NCBI RefSeq assembly: GCF_963921235.1
Contig: NC_086107.1
Coordinates: 113,772,001-113,836,000 of the forward strand
DNA length: 64,000 bases
Source of the DNA: Mobula hypostoma
Taxonomy: Eukaryota
Direction of reading: 5' to 3'
Position 1 is the first letter of the stretch. Each line of letters begins with the position of its first letter. Positions 37,360 to 50,939 of the stretch are shown piece by piece. Position numbers and translations under genes: made by a program. The notes under the pieces were generated by a model that made no database searches, was not told the DNA's origin, and saw only the letters and a list, made by a program, of their open reading frames with translations.

Positions 37360-38924
37360 GTAATGCATTAACTGCCACTTGGCAAATGTACAGCTTGTTT
37401 GCATCGGAGACGCGGGTCCCAGCTCAGGTCAACCCCCAGACTCTTGGTACAGATTCCACCCTGCTCCCCGAATCTAAAGGTCCTTTGGTATTCATTGGGC
37501 AACAGCCTGGGAACTCTGTCCTCTTTGTTGACTTTGCTTGAGTTGAGAAAAATCACCAATCCAGTTTAGATATGGTGCCAAAGGGCTTGACTTTTTCATT
37601 GGTTGACCTCAGTTAGTAGGTCATGATAATAGTTTCTTCATTCAAAGTTCAAAGTAAACTTATTTCAAAGTACATTCATATCACCATATACAACCCTGAG
37701 AATCATTTTCCTGTGGGCATACTCAGCAAATCTATAGAATAGTAACTATAACAGGATCAATGAAAGATCAACCAGAGTGCAGAAGACAACACACTGTGCA
37801 AATGCAAATATCAATAAATAGCAAGAAATAATGAGAACACGAAATAATGAGATAAAGAGTCCTTAGGTGAGATGACTGGTTGTGGGAACATCTCAGTGGA
37901 TGGGAGAGTGAGTGGGGAATGGAAGAAGAAGGTAGGGGGAAGGGGGTAAATTACTGCAAGTTAGAGAAATTGATATTGATGCCATCAGGTTGGAGGCTAC
38001 CCAGATAGAACATAAGGTCCAGCTTCTCACTTCATCGCCCCTCCCCCACACACCGGGTTTCTCCTATCTCCTCCTACGTTATCCTCCTTTCCCAACAGCC
38101 TCCACCCCAGAACCTTCTTATTCTGCCTTCCTTTCCAGTCCTGATGAAGAGTGGCAGATTGAAACGTTGACTCTTTGTCCCTTCCACAGATGCTGACTGA
38201 CCTGCTGGGTTCCTCCTGCATTTTGTATATGTAAATGACATGCATTTACTTATTTCTCCAAGGGTAAATGCAAGCAGGCTCTTTCTACTGAGGTTGGGTG
38301 GGACTACAACTAGACATCACAGGTTAAGGGTGAAAGGTGAAAAGTTTAAGGGAAACATGAGGAGAAACTTCTTCACTCAGAGGGCCAGGAGAGTGTGGAA
38401 TGAGCTGCCAGCACAAGTGATATGCATGAGCTCGCTTTCAACATTTAAGAGAAGTCTGAATAGATACATGTATAGTAGGGGTATGGAGGGCTATGGTCCT
38501 GGTGAAGGCCTATGGGAGTAAGCAAGGACTAGATGGGCTGAAGGGCCTGTTTTTGTGCTGTACTTTTCTATAACTCATTCTTTTCACAAAACATTCCTGA
38601 GGGAGACTCAGCATTGCAGTGGAGCATTGGATTTGAATTCCTTTTGAATGATTCTATATTTATGTTCCGGCCAGAGTGTAATGATGTGTATGGGATGGCA
38701 TGCAAATCAAGTTCAGTATGTATGACAGTAATAAACTAATTTATCAGATCACCAAGTTAGTGCTAAGGCCCTGGGTAAATAACAAGGTGAAGAGAGAGAT
38801 TGGGCACTGAAGCTGGAGCTCAGCGGAATGAATGAGGTTCACAAGCTGATGTTTTGCCCCAGGTTCTTCATCCAGGTTGCCCAATGAGATTTTGTTCACC
38901 GTCTGCCTTTCTTTTCACACCCAG

Positions 38925-38977
38925 GTTCGAATTCAGGCCCCGCAGGAGCTCAAAGGATTTTGGCAACAGTTGTCCAG
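38925..38977 (+). CDS. CARD10: CARMA-family gene, exon 11 (53 nt, linker)
   Basis: cttttcacacccag|...|gtacct, phase 2-1. FEFRPRRSSKDFGNSCP. Confidence 0.7.
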
Positions 38978-40306
38978 GTACCTGGCTACAAAAGTCTCTG
39001 AACATCCCAGGGGGTGGGTGGGGTGGAGAGGGTGGAGAACTGTGAACTCTGGAGTAGGAGCTGAAAATCCTCATCAACGGCACTCGTTCTGCACCCACCC
39101 CCGTTTCCTTTGGGCTTGATTTTAGCCTGAAACCCTGTGAAGGTGATGAACAACTAGTACTGTAAAGCGTTGCACCATGCTGTGCCCCCCCATTTCAGTG
39201 TGCAGTGTTCCATAATCATCATCATATTTATTATCACTTGTTTATAAAGCGTCACGGTAGTGTAGTGGTTAGCACAATGCTTTACAGTACCGGCAACCCA
39301 GGTTCAATTCCCACTGCTGCCTGTAAGGCGTTTGTACATTCACCCCGTGACCGCGTGGGTTTCTTCCGCGTGCTCTAGTTTCCTCCCAAAGTCCAAGGAC
39401 ATAGGTTAGTTGGTCATGGTAAATTGTCCTGTGATCAGACTGGGGTTAATTCAGGATGCTGGAAGGTACAGCTCGAAAGACTGGAAGGGCTTATATATTG
39501 AAATGTATTGGTTTGCAGCAGTGGTCGAGAATCAGCATCTCTCTTTTTCCATTCACCATCTGGGTCCCCTCCTCCTTCCCTTTCTCCGATGGTCCATTCT
39601 CCTCTCCTCTCAGATTTCTTCTGCTTTAGCCCTTTACCTCTCCCACCCCTCACCTCCCAACATCTCACCTTATCCCTCCCTCCCCCACCCAGCCGCCTGG
39701 TCTCACCTATCAACTTCCACTTTGTACCCTTCCCCCTCCCCTCCACTTTCTTCTTCTGGCTTCTACCCCGCTACCTTCCTCCTCAGCCTGAAGTATCGAC
39801 TGTTTATTCCTCTCCATAGATGCTATCTGACCTGCTGAGTTCCTCCAGCATTTTCTGTGTGTTACACAGGAAATCCGTCTGTCTGTGGTAACCCATTCGC
39901 ACTCTAGCTTTGTTTCAAATCCATCACCTGCTCCATTATTTTGCCTCCTGTAATTGTATTCTTTTTCTCCTTGGTTCACACTTATCATCTGTGAAGTCAG
40001 TAGCATGTGCCCTGTGCCCAGGAAAGCCCAAGCTCTCCCTTCTTTACAGCCTACCTTTTGGTCACCTCCCCTAAGGTGCTTTCCTCTGAGCCACCCCAGG
40101 GTGGGCGGCACTGCGGTGCAGTGGGTAGAGTGACACCTCCCAGTTCCAGAGACCCCGGTTCGATCCTGACCTCTGGTGGTGTGTGTGTTTGTGTGTGTGT
40201 GTGTGTCTGTGTGTGGAGTCTGCCAAATATCATGAGAAAATATCATGACAAAATGCTTCAAGTGCATTCATTGGCACCATCAAAGCCTCAGCTGTTTGCT
40301 CTGCAG

Positions 40307-40424
40307 ATCAAATTCAAAACCTGTGCTTATCGTCCACTACTGGCTCCGAGAGGAATCTCTTGTCCCCATATTCGAAGACAATGGCCGGGGCATCAAACAG
40401 TGTCAGAGTCGGCAGTGACAGGAG
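40307..40424 (+). CDS. CARD10: CARMA-family gene, exon 12 (linker)
   Basis: gctctgcag|...|gtaact, 118 nt, phase 1-2. DQIQNLCLSSTTGSERNLLSPYSKTMAGASNSVRVGSDR. Confidence 0.7.
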
Positions 40425-40852
40425 GTAACTCACGGACTATGCTCCACCCCTCGCACGCCCTCAGCCTCACCGATACTGTGCATTCCCCCTCTGTCCTTCA
40501 CTTCGACCATCACCGTCCTCCTCACCTCTCCATCCATCCACCCTTCATCCTCCAAAGCCCTCTCCTCCTCCAGCCCTCAAACACCCTCCATTCCTCCATC
40601 CATCACCTATCCCTCCACCTGTCACCATCACCCTCTGCCCCTCCATTAGTCCACACCTCACCCGCTCCCACCAAACACCCCTCCTGCTCCAAGCCTCAAC
40701 CACCCTCCGCCCAACACCCCCCAACTCTCTGGCATCTCCACTGATCAACCACCCTCATGATGTTCCTCCACTCACCCTACTCCTGAACCTCTCAATGACT
40801 CCCTCCAACCCTCCACACGTCTAACCCTCAACCACCTCCTCCAGCCATCTGC

Positions 40853-42017
40853 CATAGAAACCATAGAAACTACAGCACAGAAACAGGCCTTTTGGCCCTT
40901 CTTGGCTGTGCCGAACCATTTTCTGCCCAGTCCCACTGACCTGCACATGGACCATATCCCTCCATACACCTCCCATCCATGTATCTGTCCAATTTATTCT
41001 TAAATGTTAAAAAAGAACCTGCATTTACCACTTCGTCTGGCAGCTCATTCCATACTCCCACCACTCTCTGTGTGAAGAAGCCCCCCTAATGTTCCCTTTA
41101 AACTTTTCCCCCCTCACCCTTAACCCATGTCCTCTGTTTTTTTTTCTTCCCTTGCCTCAGTGGAAAAAGCCTGCTTGCATTCACTCTATCTATACCCATC
41201 ATAATTTTATATACCTTTATCAAATCTCCCCTCATTCTTCTACGCTCCAGGGAATAAAGTCCTAACCTATTCAACCTTTCTCTGTAACTGAGTTTCTCAA
41301 GTCCCGGCAACATCCTTGTAAACCTTCTCTGCACTCTTTCAACCTTATTAATATCCTTCCTGTAATTTGGTGACCAAAACTGAACACAATACTCCAGATT
41401 CGGCCTCACCAATGCCTTATACAACCTCATCATAACATTCCAGCTCTTATACTCAATACTTTGATTAATAAAGGCCAATGTACCAAAAGCTCTCTTTACG
41501 ACCCTATCTACCTGTGACGCCACTTTTAGGGAATTTTGTATCTGTATTCCCAGATCCCTCTGTTCCACTGCACTCCTCAGTGCCTTACCATTAACCCTGT
41601 ATGTTCTACCTTGGTTTGTCCTTCCAACGTGCAATACCTCATACTTGTCTGTATTAAACTCCATCTGCCATTTTTCAGCCCATTTTTTCAGCTGGTCCAA
41701 GTCCCTCCGCAGGCTCTGAAAACCTTCCTCACTGTCTACTACACCTCCAGTCTTTGTATCATCAGCAAATTTGCTGATCCAATTTACCACATTATCATCC
41801 AGATCATTGATATAGATGACAAATAACAATGGACCCAGCACTGATCCCTGTGGCACACCACTAGTCACAGGCCTCCACTCGGAGAAGCAATTCTCTACCA
41901 CCACTCTCTGGCTTCTTCCATTGAGCCAATGTCTAATCCAATTTACCACCTCTCCATGTATACCTAGGGACTGAATTTTCCGAACTAACCTCCCATGCGG
42001 GACCTTGTCAAAGGCCC
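40853..42017 (-). mobile_element. CR1 LINE RT-domain fragment
   Basis: 283-aa ORF containing SGVPQGSVLGPLLFVIYINDLD...KFADDTK...LVRPNLEYCVQFWSP. Confidence 0.93.
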
Positions 42018-42019
42018 TT

Positions 42020-42982
42020 CATCCTCCAACCCCTTTACCTGTCACTGTCACCCCTCGCCCTCCAACCCCTCCATCCAATACCTCTCACTCTCCAACCCCT
42101 CCACCCATTACCCCTCACCCTCTACCCCTCCACCCATTACCCTCACCCTCTACCCCTCCACCCAATACCCCTCACTCTCCAACCCCTCCACCCATCACCC
42201 CTCCACCCTTTACTCCTCCACCCTTTACCCCTCCACCCATTACCCCTCACCCTCTACCCCTCCACCCATTACCCCTCACCCTGCAACCCCTCACCCATTA
42301 CCCCTCACCCTCCAACCCCTCCACCCTTTATCCCTCATCCTCTACCCCTCCACCCATTACCCCTCACCCTCCAACCCCTCCACCCATTACCCCTCACCCT
42401 CTACCCCTCACCTTCCAACCCCTCACCCATTACCCCCCACCCTCCAACCCCTCCACCCTTTACCCCTCACCCTCCAACCCCTCCAGCCATTACCCCTCAC
42501 CGTCTACCCCTCCACCCATTACCCCTCACCCTCTACCCCTGCACCCATTACTTCTCACCCTCCAACCCCTCCACCCATTACCCCTCACCCTCTAACCCCT
42601 TCACCCATTAGCCCTCACCCTCTACCCCTCCCCATTACCCCTCCACCCATTTATCTCACCCTCCAACCCCTCACCCTCTACCCCTCACCCTCCAACTCCT
42701 CCACCCTTTACCCCTCACCCTCTACCCCTCACCCTCTACCCACCCATTACCCTCGCCCTCCAACCCCTCCACCCTTTACCCCTCCACCCATTACCCGTCA
42801 CCCTCCAACCCCTCCACCCATTACCCCTCACCCTCTACCTCTCCACCCATTATCCCTCACCCTCTACCCCTCCACCCATTACCCCTCACCCTCTACCCCT
42901 CCACCCATTACCCCTCACCCTCTACCCCTCCATCCATTACCCCTCACCCTCTAGCCCTCCCCATTACCCCTCCACCCATTAC
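42020..42982. repeat. C-rich low-complexity satellite (CCCCTCCACCCATTA / CCCTCACCCTCTA units)
   Basis: About 960 bp almost devoid of G on the + strand. It produces spurious Pro/His/Thr-rich ORFs. Confidence 0.9.
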
Positions 42983-43009
42983 TGCTTACAGGTTTTGTTC
43001 TTGGTGCAG

Positions 43010-43172
43010 GGCACATTTTCTGTCGTTGTCTTTGCCGGACCTCAGCAACGTCAAGCACGAGCATGAACGCATCCTCAGTGAACTCACTGTCGTCAGGGGT
43101 GATGCGGCCTCCATCTTGGACAACCCCGAGCATCAAGGCTTGGAGCCAGAGCAGGGCTACAAACTACTGGGG
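43010..43172 (+). CDS. CARD10: CARMA-family gene, exon 13 (degenerate PDZ, first part)
   Basis: ttggtgcag|...|gtgagt, 163 nt, phase 2-0. AHFLSLSLPDLSNVKHEHERILSELTVVRGDAASILDNPEHQGLEPEQGYKLLG. Confidence 0.82.
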
Positions 43173-44328
43173 GTGAGTCAGACTTTTAGGTTTCTGATGT
43201 TTCAAAAAGGTTCTTTTAGAAGTTGAGAAGGAAGTGCAAAACGTATTGATTCATGATCGTTTTATTAAGCATTGATAGAAAAAGGGAACTGAAAGTGCTA
43301 GAGTGTTAACTGTGAAGGGAAAGTTGAGATTAAAATTGCACCTATACATACCACACAGATAAGGAAAATTTCATTCAAATTTATAAATAAGCATTAACCA
43401 ATTAGAAAGGTATTATTTAAATACTGCAGCAGCAAGTTAAGACCATAAGATACAGGAGCAGAATGAGGCTATTCGGCCCATCAGATCTGCTCTGCCATTT
43501 CGTCATGGCTGACCCAGTTCCCTCTCAGCCCCAATCTCCTGCCTTCTCCCCGTATCCCTTCATGCCCTGACCAATCAAGAATCTATCAGCCTATGTTTTG
43601 AATATACCCAAAGACACAGCTGCTTGTGGAAACAAATTCCACTGATTAACTACTCTCTGGCTAAAGAAATTCCTCCTCATCACCTCTCTAAATGGATGTC
43701 CCTCTATTCCAAGGCTGTGTCCTCTGGTCCTAGACGCCCCTACTATAGTAAATATCCTCTCCACATCCACTTTATCAAGGCCTTTCAACATTCAATAGGT
43801 TTCAATGAGATCCCCCTCATTCTTCTAAACTTCAGCAAGAAGCCATCAAGTGCTCCTTATCTGACAAGACTTTCAATCCCAAAATCATTTTCATGAACCT
43901 CCTTTGAACCCTCTCCAATGTCAGCACATCCTTTCTTACATAAGGGGCCAATGAGAAAACACTTATTCAAGTGATCAGGACAAAGAGTTTCCAGAGTTCT
44001 CCAGAATTATACTTTGTACAGCCACCAGAGGCACATTAAAACTGTTAAACATATAAGAACTACTTAAAATACAAGCAGATAATGAATTGTAAAACTGCAA
44101 AGAAAATAACAATTAAACAGTCGAATCTAAGAATTAAATAGTCGAATTCAACAGTGCCAGGGTCTCACTGCCCATCTATCCCTATATTGGTCAACTATCC
44201 TCCAGCCTCTACTCGTTAGTGCTGAACAATAAACTCTGGTGTTGCCAGTGACTCCCAAGTAATGATGACGATAACGATAATGATTAGCTTTAGTTTTCAC
44301 AAGAATACCTACGCATCCACCAACAAAA

Positions 44329-44452
44329 GGACTGGCACTGCCCAATCACCACCAATAACAGGACTGGCACTGCCCAATCATCCACCAGTAACAGGACTGG
44401 CACTGCCCAATCATCCACCAATAACAGCTCTGGCATTGCCCAATCATCCACC
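44329..44452. repeat. 33-bp minisatellite, about 4 copies
   Basis: Unit GGACTGGCACTGCCCAATCATCCACCARTAACA. Confidence 0.9.
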
Positions 44453-45425
44453 TCACAGCACACTTTCAACCCACAATATCTGTGGGCATGTCTCACCATT
44501 GCAAAGGAGAAAGATTCACTTTATCACATGGGCATCAAAGTATCGAAAAGCGTTTGCATCAACAACCAGCACGGTCCGAGGATGTGCTGGGGCAGCCTGC
44601 CAGTGTCACCGTACAATTGGCACCAACACGGCATGCCCAAAGTTTACTACCCTAACCTGTATGTCTTTGTATTGTGGAGAAATCCGGAGGACCCGCAGGA
44701 AATTCATACAGTCATGGGAAAACATACAAACTCCTTACAAACAACGGTGGGAATTATTATGATCCCTGGCGCTGTATAAAGTGTTAAGCTAACTGCCAGG
44801 GTACCGTGCCACATTACCTGCCACTATGCCACCCAACACACAGATTCTGAGTTTAAACCTGTTCGTTGGTTTCCCGGGACATAAGACACTGAAAATGTTG
44901 GAACAAAATATAGAACATAAAAGAGGACAGGACAATGTTGTGCCGGATGGTGGTTAGCGCGACACTGTTACAGCTCGGGACGTCGGAGATCAATCCAGCA
45001 TCCTCTGTAAGGAGTCTGTCCTCTCCGTGGAATGCGTGGGTTTGCTCCGGGTGCTCCGGTTTCCTCCTGCAGTCGAAGGACGTGCCGGTTAGTAGATTTA
45101 TTGTCCTGTGCTTAGTTTAGGGCTAAATCGGGGGTTGCTGGGGATTGCCGGGCAGTGCGGCTCGAAGGTCTGGAAGGGCCAACTCCATACTGTATCTCTG
45201 AAATGAAATAGGTAAATAAATGGCTGCTGCAGGTTGTCCCAGCCATCTGGGTGAGTGGTGTAACCTGGGGAAGGTAAGGGGAGGGTAACATGGATCAAGG
45301 TATAACAGAGATCAACGGTACCCAATGGGCCAAGAGGATGTATCCCATTAGGCGTAGCTGGGCTCAGATCACAGAGTTAAGTGGGTGAATTTTTGGACTC
45401 ATCCTGTGTTTGAACGTTTCCTCAG

Positions 45426-45540
45426 CTGGACAAGGAAAACGAGCAGGGGACCATGCTGCCAAACTGTGCCGGACAGGGAACCTTCTGGGCCGTGCACCAT
45501 TGTGCTTTGCCAGATCCCCTTCAGTTCCAGCCAACCAATG
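45426..45540 (+). CDS. CARD10: CARMA-family gene, exon 14 (degenerate PDZ, second part)
   Basis: tttcctcag|...|gtaagt, 115 nt, phase 0-1. LDKENEQGTMLPNCAGQGTFWAVHHCALPDPLQFQPTN; compare CARD11 ..PLDTCTKEEAHWTIQRC.. (recalled). Confidence 0.82.
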
Positions 45541-47554
45541 GTAAGTGGGTCAGGAACGTGCCCATAGTTTCCTCCTGGAAGCCATCTTTGGTTGATCCTC
45601 TCGCCTTTGGCAACTGTGCCTTTGGTACATAAATCCTCTCCAAATACTGTTTTGTCACAAGGTGCATCACCTGAAAACAGATGGTTATCGAAAGCTACCT
45701 CTGACCAGCCTATTGTCTTTATGGTCCCATGTGGCTTAGTCTTCAACTCAGGGTCACGTAGTGTTGAAACGGGGTCTTCATCCCCACTGATCCACACCAA
45801 CCAAAATTCCTATTCAAGATAGCCCAATTTACCCATATTTGGACCATTTCCCTCGATACCTTTCCTATCCATGTACCTGTCCAAGTCCCTTTTGAATATT
45901 AATCGTGTTTTTGCCTCAAACACTTCCTCTGGCAGCTTATTCCACATGCCAATTCTAACTGGCTGTATCGCCATCTGGTATGGAGAGGGGCTACTGCGCA
46001 GGATCGAAATAGGCTGTAGAGAGTTATAAACTTCGTCAGCTCCATCACGGGCACTAGCCTCTGTAGTATCTAGGATATTTTCAAGGAGCGATGCCTCAAA
46101 GCAGCGGTGTCCATTATTAAGGACCCCATCACCCATTCCCTCTTCTCATTGCTACCTTCAGGAAGGAGATACAGAGGTCTGAAGTCTCAATGTTTCAGGA
46201 ACAGCTCCTTCGCCTCTGCCATTTGATTTCTGAATAGTCATTGAACCCATGAACACTACAACCCGGATTTTATTTTTATTTTTGCAATACTTATCTAATT
46301 TAACTAGATATATTATAATTCACATTCTTTCTTTCTTTTTAAATCTTTTTATTTTCAAAATCATAAACTCAATAACAAAGATGGTACAAAGAGATTGGAA
46401 TAATCTTAATCAGCATATACAAAACGGATTTTAAGTAACATAGATATAAAAGACTTCCAAACTCATAAAAAAAAGAAATAAAAAGAAAAAACATATATAA
46501 ACAAAAAAAAATCCCCAAAAGAAAACGAGAAAAAAAAACAAAAAAAGAGAACGAAACAGGGCTAGACCAATATCTTGTTTCAGACACGTTCAGTAATCTC
46601 GTCAACTCCGCTCCTCTAATCATATAATTTTATAGTTTAAGTTTAAAAAAAAGATTCGGAAAGGTCGGATTTCACATTTTTTTCTTTACCATTATGTATT
46701 GCATTGGACTACTGCTGCAAGGACAACAAATTCCACACCGTATGCCAATGATATTAAACCTGATTCTGATTCTGATACTGACCACCCTCTGGTTAAATTT
46801 CTCCACCTCCACTCTCTCCTCTCACCTTAAACTTGTGCCCTCTGGTTCTTGATTCGCTGAACAGGACAGTGTCCATTCATCAGCCAATGCTCCTCACACC
46901 TCTGTGAGATCATCCCTCATTCTTCTATACTCCAATGGACAAAATTCCAACCTGCTCAGCCCACTCCTTAAGTCACTCCCATCAGTTCTGGCAACAACTT
47001 TGTAAATTGTCTCTCTACTCTTTCCAGCTTAGTGGCATCCCTCTTACAACAGGGGTGACCAAATGCCCCAATATTCACAATATTCCAGATATGAACTCAG
47101 CCACGTCCTGTACAATTCCAACTTAGCATCCCAAATTCTGAATGCAATGCCCTGGCCAAACATGTCTGCTTGCTGTTGCTTGGACATGTGTATGTAGAAC
47201 ATAGAAGAGTGCAGCACAGGAACCAGCCCTTTGGCCCTCAATGTTGTATCAAACCAGCTTAAACAGTAAATCAAACAATCCCAAACACTATTCTCTCCTC
47301 CCTACACACTGTCCATATCCCTCCATCCATGTGCCTCTCTAAACATCTCCTAAAAGCCTCTAATGTATTTGCCTCTACCACCACACCAGGCAGCACATTC
47401 CAGGCATCCACCTCTCTGAGTAAAAACTTACCCCTCACATCCCTTTTGAACCTAATCCCTTTCACCTTCAATGTATGCCCTTAATGGTATTAGATATTTC
47501 AACCCTGGGAAACAGATACTCCCTGTCTGCTCTAGCTATGCCTCTCACAATTCC

Positions 47555-48190
47555 TCATTTCAAGAGGAATAGTGTATAAGAGTAAAGAAGAGTTGATGAG
47601 GCTCTATTGGGCACTGGTGAGACCTCATTTGGAATACTGCGTGCAGTTTTGGGCCCCCTATCTTAGAAGGGAGGTTCTGATGTTGGAGAGAGTTCAGAGA
47701 AGATTTACGAGGATGATTCCTGGAATGCAGGGGCTAACATATGAGGAGCGTTTGTCGGCTCTTGGACTGTATTCATTAGAGTATAGAAGAATGAGAGGGG
47801 ATCTCGTAGAAACATTTCAAATGTTGAAAGGATTGGACAGAGTAGATGTGGAAAGGCTGCTTCCCTTGGTGGGCGAGTCCAGGACAAGAGGCCACAGTCT
47901 TAGAATTAGAGGGTACCCATTTAAAACAGAGATGAGGAGAAATTTTTTTAGCCAGTGGGTCATGGATTTATGGAATTCGTTGCCACATACAACTGTGGAG
48001 GCCCGATCATTGAGGATGTTCAAGGAGGAGATTGATAGGTATCTACTTAGTCAGGGTATCAAGGGATATCGGGAAAAAGCCGGAAGTTGGAACAAGATGG
48101 GAGAATAGTTTAGCTCATGGTGGAGTGGCAGAGCAGACTCGATGGGCCGAATGGCCTACTTCTGCTCCTTTGCCTTGTGATCTTGTGATC
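47555..48190 (+). mobile_element. CR1 LINE 3' fragment, abutting an opposite-strand CR1 at 48190-48555
   Basis: 178-aa ORF containing LVRPHLEYCVQFWAPY...NFFSQWVMDLWNSLP. Confidence 0.9.
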
Positions 48191-48689
48191 TTATAAACCT
48201 CTATCAGATCTCCCCTCAGCCTCCGCTGCTCCAGAGAAAACAACCCAAGTTTATCCAGCCTCTCATGATAGCACATGCCCTCTAAACCAGGCAGCGTCCT
48301 GGTAAACCTCTTCTGCACCCTCTCCAAAGCCTCAACATCCTTCCTACAGTGGGGCGATCAGAACTGTACGCAATACTCCAGATGTGGCCTAGCCAGAGTC
48401 TATAAAGTTGCAGCATAACCTGGTGACTTTTGAACTCAATGTTTTGACTAATGAAGCAAGCATTCTGCAAGCCTCTTAACCACCTTACTGACTTGTGCAG
48501 CCACTTTGAAGGAGCTATGAACTCAAATCCCTGGATCTCTCTGCTCAGCAACACTGTATATGGACAATGTTGTATGAACAGTGCACACGTGTGTCAACGG
48601 GCTGGTGGCCAATTCACCCTCCTCAGTCACTATCTGCTCTGTGCCAAAAGCTCCTTCCTCCACACCAGTAATAATTTGTGGATGTCCAG

Positions 48690-48930
48690 CCTACAGGATG
48701 CTCCACAGGGTGTTGCAGGACGACGAGCGACTGAATGAAGACTCCTTCTACATCCGAGTGAACCTCAATATTCTGGGACAGGTGGACAGCTGCTCCTTGC
48801 AGGTGAAGTGTGATGAGATTTTGCACGTGTTGGACACCGAGTGCCATTCAGGCAGCGAGTGGCTCTGTGCTCGCGTGGACCCAGTCACTATGCAGGACCT
48901 AGAGCAAGGAACCATTCCCAGCTATAACAG
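48690..48930 (+). CDS. CARD10: CARMA-family gene, exon 15 (SH3 domain)
   Basis: gatgtccag|...|gtacag, 241 nt, phase 1-2. DSFYIRVNLNILGQVDSCSLQVKCDEILHVLDT...EWLCARVDPVTMQDLEQGTIPSYN. Confidence 0.95.
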
Positions 48931-50939
48931 GTACAGTGGTGTGGGAGACTTCCAAAACTTATCAGCAACACCACGTCAGTGTCTATGACCTGCAGGTATT
49001 TTATTCAAAGGAGTATTGTTTTTTTGTTGTTGTGGAGGGATCAGAAACTACTGCAACTTCTCCTAATAATCGTAGGTTGGTTTCTCCAGAAACAAAAGTG
49101 GAGTAAGTGGAGTCAACGTATCGGGTCAGAGGCCTCTGCTCAGAATGAGAGGTGGGTCGGGGGGTGGGGTGGGGAGGAGTGAGGTGTGTGGCCAAGGAGG
49201 ACAGGTTATAACAGGTCAGGAGATAACTCCACATAAATCCTGTACCACAAAATGGTTGAAAAGATTAATCGACAGGATTCTACTTTCCTGTGACAGCACC
49301 TACTAATCTAAACATTGTTGGAATGTGGGAGGAAACTAGAGAGGAAAACCACATGGTCACGGGGAAAATGTACAAACTCCTTGCAGAGGGCAGCAGAATT
49401 GAATCTGGTTCACTTGCACTGTAATAGTGTTCTGCTGACCGGCACGCCATTGCACTGACGTAACACCTCAAGGGTAATTAGGGATGGATTACTAAATGCT
49501 GGCTCAGCTCAAGAGGACCACAACCTTGTCGTGGTTTGGAGGCTTGCAGGCCTCAGTGACCCAGAGAGCTATATTGCTTTGTGCTTTGGCTCTTATTGGG
49601 GTCACCCATGCCAAGCAGGTCAAAGGGCAGTGGCCAGACTAAGAGTGGTCCTCCAGTCCTCTGGGTTCAGGGGTTCAGCTCAGGCCAAACAACACTTACT
49701 GGTGAAAAAACGGTTATTATGGAAACAGCAATGAAGAATCCTTCTATGCCTGAATGGCAAAGGACTTACAGAGGTGGAGGACCTTATTTCTGCCCTATGT
49801 AGCACCAAGTGAAGTGGGCAGTAAGTCAGCCCATAAGACCATAAGACAAAGGAGCTGAAGTTGGCCATTCGGCCCATCGAGTCTGCTCCGCCATTTTGTC
49901 ATGAGCTGATCCATTCTCCCATTTAGTCCCACTCCCCCGCCTTCTCACCATAACCTTTGATACCCTGGCTACTTAGACACCCACATGACTTGACCAAACA
50001 GAGGACAGGTAAATCACAGAGACTGAAATCGGAAATGCTGGGAGAACTCAGGCAGTCAGTATCTGTGGAAGGAGAATTCAGTCAAGTATCGGGTCAAAGG
50101 CCCTTCCTCAGAATGAGAGGTGGGTTTGGGGGGGTGGTGCCGCGGGGAGGAGTGAGGTATATGGCCAAGGATGACAGGTTATAACAGGTCAGGATATAAG
50201 GAGCATAGGTACTGACCTTCAGAAGACAGGTGTCAGAAATAGGGTGAAATAAGACCACAAGATATAGGAGCAGAATTAGGCCATTAGGCCCATTGAGTCT
50301 GCTCTGCTATTCCATCATGGCTGATTCACTTTCCCTCTCAGCCCCAATCTTCTGCTTTCTCCCCATATCTCTTGATTCCCTGACTAATCAAGAATCTATC
50401 AACCGCTGCCTTAAATATACCCAATGACCTGGCCTCCACAGTTGCCTGTGGCAACAAATTCCACTGATTCACCACTCCCTGGCTAAAGAAATTCCTCCTC
50501 ATCTCCGTTCTAAAAAGAGATGCCCCTCTATTCTGAGGCTGCGTCCTCTGGTCTTAGACTCACTCACCAAAGAAAACAGCCTCTCCACATCCACTCTAAC
50601 GAGGCTCTTCAACATTCAATAGGTGTCAATGAGCTCACCCCCTCATTCTTCTGAATTCCAGTGAGTACAGGCCCAGAGCCGTCAAACGCTCTTCATATGA
50701 TAAGCCTTTCAATCCCAGAATCATTTTCGTGAAAATGAAAAAGGACAAAATCAGAGAACAGTTACCTGAATTTGGAAAGTACCAGTATTAATTGCATGAT
50801 AGGATATTATATTACTTTCTCGTACTGATGAAGGTTCTTGGCCTAAAACATTATCTGGCCATTTCCCTCCATAACTGCAGCCTGACCCGCCAAGTTCCTC
50901 CAGTGTCTTTGCGTGCTGCACAAAGTATTGGTTATATTC

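Noticed and set aside
41995..42954. 319-aa Pro/Thr/His-rich extensin-like ORF
   Set aside because: It arises from a G-poor satellite that rarely forms stop codons.
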